Below, piece after piece: positions 24,385 through 37,610 of a stretch of 64,000 nucleotides of DNA. The notes beneath the pieces are model-generated. The model was not told where the DNA came from and did no database searches. It saw only the letters and a program-made list of their open reading frames with translations. Source of the DNA: Podarcis liolepis. Taxonomy: Eukaryota. Where the stretch lies: the NCBI GenBank assembly GCA_965112155.1, contig OZ218103.1; one strand, written 5' to 3'. Position 1 is the stretch's first letter. Each line of letters opens with the position of its first letter. The position numbers and the translations under genes are program-made.

Positions 24385-26929
24385 TATGAGCAGAGGGTCA
24401 CATCGCACTATTCCCATGATACACCTCAGGTCTCCATCCGCGTGTAGCACAACCTCAGACTTATAAATTCACTCTATCCAGAAGATTCAGTGGACACAGG
24501 AAAATGAAAATCTGCTCCCAGCAAAACTTTTTAGGGAGGGCAGGTGTTGCAAATGGACTACTGTTTGCTTCATTCCAGCCTTGGACACAACCAGGAAAAT
24601 GAATAGGATATTGTTCCATGAGGCTCCTGTTTGGGGGTCCGCTACATTCAGAACTGTAGGGGCATCTTTGGGAGCCATTAAATGGAACTAGAGGGGGAAA
24701 TGCTCTCTTCAACACCTAGAGGATCCTGGAGGGGGAGAGACTTAGGGTCCTGCCCCCTCCTGCTCCCAAATCTGGGGTGCTAAATGCTTTTAAGGATTCA
24801 GAGTAGAAAGTTGGCTGCAATTCAAACTAATCATCCACTCATGTCTGTTTAAGTTATGAAAGGGCCAGAGAACATTACAGCTTAAAGGGAGGGAGGGAGG
24901 GAGGTGGAAGGGTGGCTGAGAGATGTTCATTAACTATACATTCTCACCCAAGCTCACCCTTACATTCTGCCACACAGCACAGGAAAGTGGGATAATAATA
25001 CTCTCTTCTCACTGCACTCTTGTGCAGACAGCTCCTAAGCATCATCTGCAGAATGGCAACACCACAACTTGTTTATAGGAAGGGTTTGTTGCGGATTGCA
25101 CAGGCAGGCAGGCTGTGCTGGTCCCGTGGGCTAACCGAGAGGCAAGGTCTGAGTCCAGTCCGAGGTTGAAGGTTGGAGGGGGCAAGGTCCTGTTGCCTCC
25201 AGTATCACACTAAGCTTTGGAGGCACTCAGAAAGCAGGAAAAACAGACTTCACAATGACTTCGGAGGCCTTAAAAACCAGCCACATGTTTCAAGGCCTTG
25301 CACAAGGAACCCCAGCCTCTCCCTTGCCTGACTAAAGGGGCACTTGCCATGGGCAAACTGGTAAGCACACTTGTGGACCTCAAGTCACACCACAAGGTGT
25401 TTCTTTCCTTTCCTGCTTCCTTGAAAACAGGAGTGAGGGTTGAGTTGAGGTTTGAGCATGAATCACTCAATAGCACCTTGAATGCCTTCACCAGCTCCAA
25501 TAACTCAGTACTCAAGGGAGGCTCTGCATTACAATATATTTTGCATTTACTTCCCTCAACCTTTGAAATGGGTATGGAGGTTGAACAGGGACTGAAACAC
25601 GAGTACCAAATTTCATTCTGAAATCTCAGAGATAAGAACACATCCACCCATAATGAAACAGAGAATGTCAAATGGCAAGTGTGTCACTTCATTCAATCAA
25701 TTGCAGTTGGTGGCTTTTCATTTTAATAAGACAAAAGGGGGGAAATGAGCAAAGAACTCAAGTTTTTGTGTAATAGTTCAATAAAATGCTCCTGAACAGC
25801 TAGATCTTTTGATGCCACCCACTTGTGCTTAGAACTTTCAAAAATGCAAAATAAATGCATCAAGTGTCTCTTGATAAGTCTGTAAAAATGCAACCACAAT
25901 AGGATATTTTTCTCTGCTTTTCAAATTCAGTCTGATCCAGCATTGAGACTTGAGCATCAAAGGTCATTTTAGGTGCACTCTAATTTTGCAAAAGAATCCC
26001 ACGTACACAGGCTTTCATTGGGTGATTGGTGTAAGTCACAATGGCCGAGCACTGTCACCTAGCAACAGCTCATTACACTTTTAAAAAATGCAAATATTCT
26101 CCCACAAATGCCACACATTTATTCTGGACCAAAATTACCACCCACATAAAACCAAAGACTCTCATTCTAATGGTAACCCAAAAGAACCGGTGTGGGTGGT
26201 TTCATTGATAGGTCCAGAATATAATAACCAATTTCTTGTCCTTTCTAACTCGCATGGAATTCTCCAAACCATGGCAGATAATGATGCTCTAGGGGAGCCT
26301 TCTGGATAAAAACAACTACTTCTGGTTAAAATTTAAAAAGGATGTGTGAAAGTAGATGTTTTTTAAAAGGAAAGGCTTTTTCAACCAGAGAAAGATGAAC
26401 CGCTGGCTCTCACTGGGTGCTAAACCCGTGTCAAGACTGCAGGCGATGGCTCGCATGACTGAATGGTCCTCCAGAGGACTTGCACCTAGAAAACTAGCTG
26501 TCACAGAAAAGACTAGGCTAGAGGAGCCTTCTTCCTGACACGCCAGTTTTTAATATGTAGTGGGGCTTTTCTGTTTTCAACGTGAATTCCCACCTGAGCC
26601 TGAAGTGCCACTTCAGAGATCACTAGACAAGAGCATACGGTTTTAGGAGAGAGAGTCGAAGTCAGGGGGAGCCAACACAGTTGCCCTCTGACCGTTAGCC
26701 ATGCTGGGTCGGACTGGTGAGAGTTGGAGGGTCACAGGTTTGCAACCCCTAGTTTAAGGCTACAAAAGAAAGGAAGATGAGGGCAAACAGTCCCATGTTT
26801 CCAAGCCAAGGTTGTTTGTCTTGAAGGGCTGGGCTGAGTGAGAAGGGCTGGCAGATGTTGTGGGTTGAAGCTTCCATAATTGTTGACCATTGGCCATGCT
26901 GGATGGGACCGGTAAATTTTAATCCACAG

Positions 26930-27182
26930 CAGGGGTAGGCAACCTAAGGCCCGGGGGCCAGATGCAGCCCAATCACCTTCTAAATCCAGCCCATGAATGG
27001 TCGGGAATCAGTGTGTTTTTACATGAGGAGAATGTATGTTTTTATTTAAAATGCATCTCTGGGTTATTTGTGGGGCATAGGAATTCGTTCATTCCCCCCC
27101 CCCCAAAAAATATAGTACAGCCCACCACATGGTTTGAGGGACGGCGGACCGGCCCATGGCTGAAAAAGGTTGCTGACCCCTG
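26930..27182. mobile_element. hAT-Charlie-like MITE
   Basis: CAGGGGTAGGCAACCT...AGGTTGCTGACCCCTG ends; no clean TSD. Confidence 0.7.
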
Positions 27183-27206
27183 ACCTTGAGGGTACCCTAT
27201 TGGCTA

Positions 27207-27521
27207 GGTAAAAGGTAAAGGGACCCCTGACCTTCAGGTCCAGTAGTGACCGACTCTGGGGTTGCGGCACTCATCTCGCTTTATTGGGAGCCTGCATACA
27301 GCTTCCGGGTCATGTGGCAGCTCACGGAAACGCCGTTTACCTTCCCGCCGGAGTGGTACCTATTTATCTACTTGCACTTTGAAGTGCTTTCGAACTGCTA
27401 GGTTGGCAGGAGCTGGGACCGAGCAACGGGAGCTCACCCCGTCACAGGGATTCGAACCACCGACCTTCTGATTGGCAAGTCCTAGGTTCTTTGGTTTAGC
27501 CCACAGCGCCACCCGCATCCC
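27207..27521 (-). mobile_element. Sauria SINE (Squam1)
   Basis: Matches other copies; TSD TACCCTATT(G/A)GCTA. Confidence 0.9.
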
Positions 27522-28054
27522 TACCCTATTAGCTACCCATGTCCTAAACCAGGGAGGGAGAAACCCATGGTTCTCCAGATGGGCAGCCCCAGGCACTAAA
27601 GCCAATAATCAGGGGAGATGGAGTCCAACATCTGGAGGGCCACAGGTTCCCCATCACTGGTCTAAGTGGAAGAGGCTCCACTGGTGTGCACGATGACCTA
27701 GAATGCAACCCCTCACAAATGGGGAGTTGTCTGTATACGTTGAAGAGGCAGATGGGGCTTATCAACCTGGGAAGGTAGCCCATCTAGGAGAAGGAAAACT
27801 GAGCCTAAACTTCCACTGCCTTACAAGACATCTTTGGGAGAAGAAAAGGCTAAGGAGTAAACCTTACCCAAATCCAGAGTGGAGTCCCTAAGATGGCGCC
27901 TCCTTTTGCCAACTCCGGAGGCCAAGCTGGTGCCAAACGTATTGCTCAGCTTTCCTTTGGGGGGCTGGGGGGGGGAGTCTTGTAATCTGGGCAGCCCAGG
28001 ATCTCCATAAACACTGTGACCCACAGAGGTTGCATCAGTGCTGCAAATGCAGGA

Positions 28055-28405
28055 CAGTGGTGCCTCGCAAGACGAAAATAATCCGTTCCGCGAGTCTCTT
28101 CGTCTAGCGGTTTTTTCGTCTTGAGAAGCAACCCTATTAGCGGCTTAGCGGATTAGCGCTATTAGCGGTTTAGCGGTTTAGTGGCTATTAAAGGCTTAGC
28201 GGCTTAGTGGCTAAAAGGCTATTAGCGGCTTAGCGGCTTAGAAAAAGGGGGGGAGCAAAAAAAATGGCAAGACTCGCAAGACTTTTTCGTCTTGCGAAGC
28301 AAGCCCATAGGGAAATTCGTCTAGCGAAGCAACGCAAAAACGGAAAACCCTTTCGTCTAGCGAGTTTTCCGTCTCACGAGGCATTCGTCTTGCGGGGCAC
28401 CACTG
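28055..28405. mobile_element. TcMar-Tigger-like MITE with internal TTAGCGGC minisatellite
   Basis: TIR CAGTGGTGCCTCGCAAGACGAA/TTCGTCTTGCGGGGCACCACTG|TA. Confidence 0.85.
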
Positions 28406-31400
28406 TAGTTTGAAGTCACTGTCACCTCAATGTGGTAACATTGAGTCTGGAGCAGCAACATATAGGATTGCACTGCTAAGTCTGCTTTGGTTGCTGTACT
28501 TTGAAAACGATGCAGGCAGTTTACAGAGAATTCAGCAGTGATCAGAAAGATGATAAACAAGTTGAGAGCCAATGATGACTGAGGAAAGACTGCCGAAACA
28601 GGAAATGCTTAGCTTAGACAAAATAAGATTTAAGGGGGACAATGACAACAGTATCTAAAGCTCTTCCATTAAAAAGGAAGTAGGCAAATACTTGCTGAGG
28701 CGATGGAGGTAAGAATCCAAGTGGCAGCAAACAATATAGTTAATATTTATAAAGCCCCTCTCCCCCCAAAAGTGCTCGTGTGCATTATTGTATTATCTTT
28801 TCAAGGCCAGGGCCACTTAAAGCCAGCCAGCCAATCAGCCTGCCCAGTAATGAGGCTTGAAAGGGGAGGGGGTGGAGGAGTATCAATTTGGCACTCCCAC
28901 ACTCATGCCGCCTGAGACGATGGACTCATTCTGCCTCATCGCTGGGCCAGCACTGCACATTTTTTAATCCTGCCCTTTCTTCTAGAACCTCGGGACAGTG
29001 TGTGCCACGTGGTTCTCACATTGCTGCTTTAGCACAAGCCTCTGTATGTTGGCGTAGATCTGAGTAGGAAATAGATCTGGTGGATCCACTGCCGCTTCCC
29101 AAGCCCTGTGGGCTCACATCAGTCGGGGAAGCAGGGTATGGAGGGCAGAGAGTGGCTGATTTTGACCCCTCAGTTGATTTCAGTGGGGAAGGGATTAGTT
29201 GCAGCAGCTCCAGGCTGGCCTAGAGGGGCAGGCTGATCTTGGGTGCCTGTTTCATCAGAGAACCATCAGCAGTAGCTCTTCACCCCGGGGAGCTATCTTT
29301 GGACATAGTGATGGCCTCTGTGGCAGACATGCTTCTCTCTCGGTGGAGAAGCACCTTCTCTCCTTTCCAACCCTCTTCAGGCAAGGGAATTGCAGGTTAG
29401 GATTGCACTTCCTGGCTCAGAAACAGCTCCTCAATAATGCTAACAATCCCCATAGTATTACACCCATTTTACAGATGGAGAGGCTGAGGAGAGAATGGTA
29501 CCTTTGCCTATGTGAGGCAGCACACAGCTGTACAAATACAGGAAGTCCAGTAAATGAGCAAACTTCTAGAAGCAGGTGTTTACATGGTGCAATTCAACAC
29601 TCTGACCCAAGGAGCCTACTGCCATTTACTCAAGTAGAGGATCCGACCCACAACTTAGGGTTCTATCTGACAGTCAATAGGCAGTGTCTAGGGAAAAGAG
29701 GCTCTAACTGCTCTTTACTGTTTTGTTTTTGCCGCTTATTAATTTTTCTCCAGGACTAATCAAAAACAAAACATGAAGGGAGAGAGCTAGCCCCCGGCAG
29801 CAATCTGGGAGAGATATTGACATTCTCATTAAGGCAGGCTTCATTAAACAGCCCCGTCCTCAGTATCAGCGCAGCCTGACGACACATTGTCTCCAGCTAA
29901 TTATCTTCTGCTGGCAAAAGGAATTGCACAATTCTTCAACATCGCTTAAAAAAGAAAAGTCTACCTCGCCAACATTGATCTTTTGTTTCCTTTCCTTATT
30001 GGCATCCATTGAATTTTATCTCTGGCTGGCTTCCCCGCCTCCCCCCCGCCCCCACCCGCCGCCTGCTTTCCCTTTTTAAAAGTTTATGTGAAGAAACCAG
30101 CCAGTGGGGGTCAGGATGTAGGGAGGAGAGATTCTTCCAGACTGTTACTATTTTGGGTTGGGGTTCAGTCACATACCAGCAAATTCACATTGCATAATTA
30201 TAGCAGATTGGGAAGTTTTGCGCAACAATCCTGCCTCTCCAAAACATTGGGGGTTGTTTTTTTTTCCAGTAAAGGAAAATGACAGGAAATAATGTGATAG
30301 CAGATTCAGGCAGCAGGTGCTTTGATGCAATATCATCTCTCCTCCCTGCAAACGAATCAGGATGGACGAGTGTCCATCCTGGAAGTGCCCTTTGTCTTAC
30401 AACAATAGGATTGCACCTCCAAGACTCCGGGCTCTGTATGCTCAAGAAAGTGAGGCGGTTGGTAGCGGTGGTGGGAGAGGAATCTGAAATGTAGCATGCT
30501 GTCAGATTCAGTTCCGCTCCTGTGGATGGAGGAGGGGAAGACAAGCATGATCTCTCACTAGCCTACGGATGTTAGGAGGCTTCTTCACCAGGTTTTCTGA
30601 AGTCCTGCCTTGGGCAAGAGCCAGGTGATGCACACAGCCACTGCCAGGCTTGAGTCCCAGCTCTTTATTTAGAATAAAACCAGGGCATTCTTGGAAAGGA
30701 TTGATCTCCTGCTGTTGTTGACCCACCACCCTAGCTGTGAAGCCTCGGCAGCTGTTGGGTGCTGGGAACAGGAGCTGAATGACAAATGGGCAAAAAAAGA
30801 GAGAAAGCAATGTGGTATCTGGACAGAATATGGCATGGGTCAATTTGGGGAAGAGTTGTAACTCGGTGCTTTGCCTTCAGAAGGCCCCTGATCCGATTCT
30901 TGGCACCTCCAGATAGGCCTGGAACCCTGGGGGATGCTGCCAGTCTGTGCACGTAACATTAGTGATGGTGCTGAAGCTCATGACAGTGAGAAAAGAAGGC
31001 AGAAAACGATTCCCTGTTCTGAAAGCCCAAGCCTATTAAGAGCCAATCCAAGTCTCCTTTGACTTGATGAGCTAGTGTGGTCACAGCCTTCTCCAACATG
31101 GAAGCTGTTGCTGGTTGTCTCTAATGGCCCACGGCCCACCCTCATGAAACAGGGGCAGGGAAGGCTGCTGGCAGCAGCAGAGGCCTCATCTTTAAACCCT
31201 GGATTCTTGTGTGGATCATCCATTAGCACCTGGGAGTATGGAAAATGTAGTTCCCAAAGCTTCCACACTCAAAACAGGAAGCAAGCAAGCTGCAAATCTG
31301 TAGGCTATGCACCCAACTGAAAAAGCATTACTAAAACATTTCCTCCCAACACTCATAAGCGCTGGTTTCTGAGCCCCACAAGCAACTTGTTTTCTAGAGC

Positions 31401-31684
31401 AGAATTCTGTCCACTAATCAGAAACATAAGCACACCCTCGTTCAAGGATGGGACCTGTGGCCCGCCAGATGTTCTCAAACTGCCAATATCCATGACCATT
31501 GTCCTGGCTCTCACTGGAGGATGAAGAACTCGAACGTGGAGCATGGTTTCTGCCAAAATCTTTAAGGCTCGGATCAGCGTGGTGCAGGGGCAAAAGAGGG
31601 TTCAAATAGGATATGCATAGCTAAGCAAACTAGCAAGCGACGTGCCCACTTGGGTGCCATTATATGGAAATGGGGCAAGCACAA

Positions 31685-32173
31685 CTTCAGCAAGTTGAGC
31701 TATCGTCTGAACTGGGCAAGCAAACAGGAACTCCTTTTCGAGGGCTGAACCTGAGCTCACGCCTGCACTGGCGTCCCTGTGACTTAGGTGATGGAGGAGG
31801 TGACCACAACAGCTCTGAACTAGACTGAGCAGCAGACTCCTCCTGAGAGGATGGGCTAGAGCTGGGCTCCAGTGGTACCATGACTGGAAGCATGGCTGGC
31901 AAAGGAGCCGGGAGTGAAGTGGTCACAGCGCACCTGGGTGGTGTCGGGGGGGGCAGTGCTGGGGGGCTATGCCACTGAGACCCTCCCCAGGATCTGACTC
32001 CTCATCTGTAACTGTCTCCCAGCAGGGATTCTTCTGTCTCTTGAGTCCCTGGTGCAAACCACCCCAACCCACTGGGCCTCTCTCTGGGTCATCAAGAGGG
32101 AGCTCCTCCAGCTCCCTCCCCCCGAGTCCTGGTCTGACCAGCCCCCCATGATGACTCCTTGGGACTCATGACA
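31685..32173 (-). mobile_element. Possible LTR-like repeat
   Basis: Minus strand begins TGTCATGAG; purine/pyrimidine-skewed block resembling 1-496; family not identified. Confidence 0.3.
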
Positions 32174-33620
32174 ACCATTGGATGTCTGGCTGGGTGAGTG
32201 GGAGTTTAACATCCCTGCCCTAGTGCATTACGTGTGTGCATGCGTGTGTGTGTGTTAAAAAGTGATGCCAGGGGTGTTTGCCAAAAGCACTAAGACCAGA
32301 AAAGGTCTGGCAGCCACAGCGATAGGCATTTTCTTTTCTTCCTGGCCATGAAAGCCATTCTCCTCATTCTTGCATTTCAATCAACAAGTTAAATATTTTT
32401 TTTTAAGTACTATACAGATTCCTGAAGAATAATTCTACCAGCAACTACTAAAGACAGTAGCTAAAAATGGAATCTCCCCGTTTGGACCTGCAACACCTCT
32501 GATGACGAAAAGGGGGGCAAACGGCAGGGGGTGGCCACTTATACTGAGCTCCATGCGCTCTCTGTACTAATAAATAATAAATAAATGTTCTACACTACCA
32601 AAGAAACTGAACTAAGTAGCCTCATTTATGTAAATTAAATATGCCTATTTTTGCATAACTGATTGTCATAGGGGTAGGCAAGGAGGTATGAAGGGCACTG
32701 GAGCCCACCCCCTGAATATTGATAATATTAGGGCCCTTGGGGGGGGGGGCTTGTTTAGCAGTCTAGGATGGGGAAGCATTGAAGGAATAAGGCCCACTGA
32801 GGCTCTTTCACTTGCACAAAACGATTGCTTGCTGTTACGTGAGAAAGAGACCAAAGAAGAGCTAACTGAAGAGCCTGGTTCAGACAAGACAGTCCCAGCT
32901 CCTGAGAATTTTAGTTCTGTGAGCTGAGAATGAGCTTTGGGTCCAAAGACTCCCCCCACTCAGCTGCTGCTTGCCTCTCTCTTTCATGTGCCAGTTACAG
33001 GCACCAGCTCTAGTTAGTGGAAGCCACAGTTTCCCATCATGCCCAAAACAGAGAACTGTGGCTTGATGCCCATTTACCACCCAAAATCTTAAACCACACT
33101 TGGTATGTGGTTTAAGATCCTGGATAGTCAACTGACATTAAACCACAGTTCCTGATTTCAGAAGAAATGAGCCTCAAAGAGAAATGAGTCCTTGATCATT
33201 GCCCATCATGGCTGGGGCTGAGCATCATCTGGAGTCACTCCTGCTATGAAGAGTGGCCTTCATTAGGGACACTTCTGGCAAACATGTACCATGGTGTGTC
33301 GATTTCAAGGCACTGTTCACAATAAGCAGCACACATGGTATAAATGATTGTGTAATAAACAAATCAAGGATATATGAATAGATCCTTGCTTCGTTTAATT
33401 TCCTCAGGTGATTCATTTTGCTTGTGGAAGAACCTTCAAGCTTGCTCTGAATCCAGGGTTGAACTGATGACTTTTAGAACCACCTTCAAGGAATTTTGCT
33501 CCTCCCAGAGAAACTCTTTTGGCTCCCTCAAAAGTATCTCAAGATGCATTGACTGATGAAGGATCGCCATATTTTCTTTCAGCTTTTCCTTAGGCAGGTT
33601 CTCTGTAGCGATTGCAACTA

Positions 33621-34093
33621 CCGAATTTTTCGCCCCATATGACACACCGGCCCATAAGACGCATCAAGTTTTTTTGGGGGGAAATAAAGGGGGGAAAAAT
33701 TATTTCCCCCCCAAGCGCTTGTGGGGCCGGCAGCGGGGAGAAGCGCTCTTCTCCCCGCCGCCCGCCTTCAGATCAGGTCCGGGACAGCGGGAAGACGCGC
33801 TGCGCCTCCCAGCTGTCCCCGGAGCTTGCGGGGCTGGCGGCGTGGTCTCCCCGCCGTCAGCCTCCAAACCACTTCGGGAGACAGCGGGATGGCGGCGTTC
33901 CGCCTCCCTCTGTCCCCTGACCTTGTGGGGCTGGCGCTGGGGCTCGCCTGGAGAGCGAGAGGGGTCGGTGCACACCGATGCCTCTCGCTCTCCAGGCTTC
34001 AGCGAAAGCCTGCATTCGCCCCATAGGACACACACACATTTCCCCTTCATTTTTGGAGGGGAAAAAGTGCGTCCTATAGGGCGAAAAATACGG
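33621..34093. mobile_element. TcMar-Tc2/pogo-like MITE with GC-rich hairpin array
   Basis: TA|CCGAATTTTTCGCCCCATA...TATAGGGCGAAAAATACGG|TA. Confidence 0.88.
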
Positions 34094-34206
34094 TAATTGC
34101 CAGGCATTTCACTTCAAAATTACCCTTTTCACAATAGCATTGAGGTCTGGAATAACTGATTATAGGATGGAAGGCAACCACATCACATTGAGAGTTGGTG
34201 GTGGTG

Positions 34207-34714
<508 letters not shown>

Positions 34715-35663
34715 TCATGCCCACTTTTGCTCTGGTGATTGGCAGGGGAAGGTGGCTCTCAGGCTGAAAGAGGTTCCTCACCACTGATGTAAAGGGATGG
34801 ATACAACCATGGCTTTCTAGAACCAGATGCTTCAGGATGAAGGATGCACATGTAAAATTGTAAGTGTGTGTGTGTAATCACATCCCTGCAAACTTGTCTT
34901 TTGAGATCAGGGCAGCTCTTTGGGGTTTTCCAGGTCAAGACTGCTGAAGGACTGGACTATGGCTTAACAAAGCAGCACAACCTGTTTATACGCAGATTTT
35001 CATTGGCTGGCTGAGGGTCATGTGGACTTTGGCTGACACTTGAATTCATGAACCAGGCTGATGCTTCATTTCTTGCCCTCAATTCCTACTTTAAAAATGA
35101 CACACACCCCGTCTTATATCCTGCCAAATCCTCTTGCCTCAAAATCCTCTCAGATAAGTGCCTTGCTTTTGAGGCACTTTGTAAATAATAAATATTATTA
35201 TCTGTTTTGCCTTTTCCTCACTTTTCTGTACTAGGCCTTTCTCCCTCCAGGTTCTGATCCTCCAGCAAATAAGCCATTACTCACAAGGAGGGTGGACTTC
35301 TCTGGTTCGTCATTGCCAGCTCTGAAGCCCACAGTGTTCCTTGAGCTGGAATGCCAGCAAGGATTTAACCCAGTGAGCCACTTATGCAGCTCAGGCCCAA
35401 GGCAGGAGCTGTGACAAGATTAGCCTCAACAGCCTCTGGAAAGGTTTGAAGATACTCCCTTTCCCACAGGTTAAGTTTGCTCACTAGTCTGAGTGATCAT
35501 CCAGCTGCCCACCACATTAGCTCCACTCAGAAGCACGTTGCAAACAGGCTTATCTGTTCCGGGTCTTAAGTTGATGTTGATTCTTGAGCAGATGCTGCTG
35601 ATTAGTTATTATTGTTGATCTGTGCTTTTGAAATGTACTTCATTTCAGCCTATTTTGTTTGTG

Positions 35664-36009
35664 TAAAGGTAAAGGTGAAGGGACCCCTGACCATTAGGTC
35701 CAGTCGTGACCGACTCTGGGGTTGCGGCACTCATCTCGCTTTATTGGCCAAGGAAGCTGGCATACAGCTTCTGGGTCATGTGGCCAGCATGACTAAGTAA
35801 CCAGAGCAGCGCACGGAAATGCGGTTTACCTTCCCGCCGGTACAGTACCTATTTATCTACTTGCACTGGTGTGCTTTCAAACTGCTAGGTTGGCAGGAGC
35901 AGGGACTGAGCAACGGGAGCTCACCCCGTCATGGGGATTTGAACTGCCGACCTTCTGATCGGCAAGCCCTAGGCTCTGTGGTTTAACCCACAGCGCCACC
36001 CGCGTCCCC
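35664..36009 (-). mobile_element. Sauria SINE (Squam1)
   Basis: Near full length; TSD ATTTTGTTTGTGTA. Confidence 0.92.
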
Positions 36010-37030
36010 ATTTTGTTTGTGTATTTCAGTATTTATTCTATATTGCATGCTTTGTGTTGTGAGCCACCCAATATTCCTGTCTTAGAGAAAGGGCAAGGTA
36101 TAAAAACTACACAGTGACTAAGTAAGCAACTAAATGACATGCTCAGCTGCAGATGAGCTTCAGTCTTCACCTTTGCTTTGCACCCCTTTGCCTTTGCTCA
36201 TGACTACACAGGGGCTGTGTCTGCTGCTTCATCTACCTGTCTTATTGTTTCTACCAGTGGGACCCCTTGGCATAGACTATTATCATCTTGCTTATTTAAT
36301 CCTGATTCTTGATATGAGCCAATAGGCCAGGAGCAATTTTGCTTTTACATGCCTGCCTGCGTTCACGGGGTGGAAAGGTAACATAACCATTCCCTCAACT
36401 CTGAAACAGGACTCAATTATATTGTAACTTGCCCTAGGATCCTATTATGAAGCGCAGGTTAAATAGTTCCTTCCTAAAGAAAAATAACAACTAAATTTTG
36501 TGAGTTCCATAATGCAACTTTGGAAATACACATTCCGTCTTCCCAGATACAGCCAGGCCCCAGCTATTTCAGTTCCTTCCACAGGGCAGGAATGGACAAT
36601 GTGGTACCCTCCCAGGTGTTTTGGAGCACAGTGCCTATCAGCCCCAGCCAACATGGCTAACGGTCAGGGGTGATGCGAATTGTAGACCACATTGGCTGCT
36701 CCTTATGTAAGGTGGCTAGAATAGTAGAACATTTGTAAAGAAGAGGCCAACTCTAGGATGGTTTATAATAATGCCTAATTCCACCGGGTGCAATCCTATG
36801 CTGGGCACTCATGGAAAACAAGAGGCAGAATTACTCCCATCAGGTCCTACTGTATAACTCTCCCCTCATCCATCAGTTTCCTCCATGCATGGCATGCTGC
36901 TGTTCCTCTGAGCATGCAACAACTCAGAAGGGCCACGAAAGGGCAGCTAAGTCCTTCTCATATCTTACTATCAGCATCTTTCAGCTTGTCATTCCCCAGG
37001 GTCCTGGCTCACCACAGGCTAACTTTCAGC

Positions 37031-37610
37031 AGAATGATAGAATCATAGAGTTGGAAGAGACCACAAGGGCCATCGAGTCCAACCCCCTGCCAAGCAGGAA
37101 ACACCATCAGAGCACTCCTGACAGATGGTTGTCAAGCCTCTGCTTAAAGACCTCCAAAGTAGGAGACTCCACCACATTCCTTGGCAGCAAATTCCACTGT
37201 CGAACAGCTCTTACTGTCAGGAAGTTCTTCCTCATGTTTAGGTGGAATCTTCTTTCTTGTAGTTTGGATCCATTGCTCCGTGTCCACTTCTCTGGAGCAG
37301 CAGAAAACAACCTTTCTCCCTCCTCTATGTGACATCCTTTTATATATTTGAACATGGCTATCATATCACCCCTTAACCTCCTCTTCTCCAGGCTAAACAT
37401 GCCCAGCTCCCTTAGCCGTTCCTCATAAGGCATCGTTTCCAGGCCTTTGACCATTTTGGTTGCCCTCCTCTGGACCCGTTCCAGTTTGTCAGTGTCCTTT
37501 TTGAACTGTGGTGCCCAGAACTGGACACAGTACTCCAGGTGAGGTCTGACCAGAGCAGAATACAGTGGCACTATTACTTCCCTTGATCTAGATGCTATAC
37601 TCCTATTGAA
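37031..37610 (-). mobile_element. CR1 LINE 3' end (young, 5'-truncated)
   Basis: [47 protein letters not shown]...RLRGDMI, CR1 ORF2 C-terminus; ATTCTATG-type tail. Confidence 0.95.

Noticed and set aside
29199-29759. 186-aa ORF
   Set aside because: No recognisable homology; runs through a MIR-like remnant (~29440-29490)
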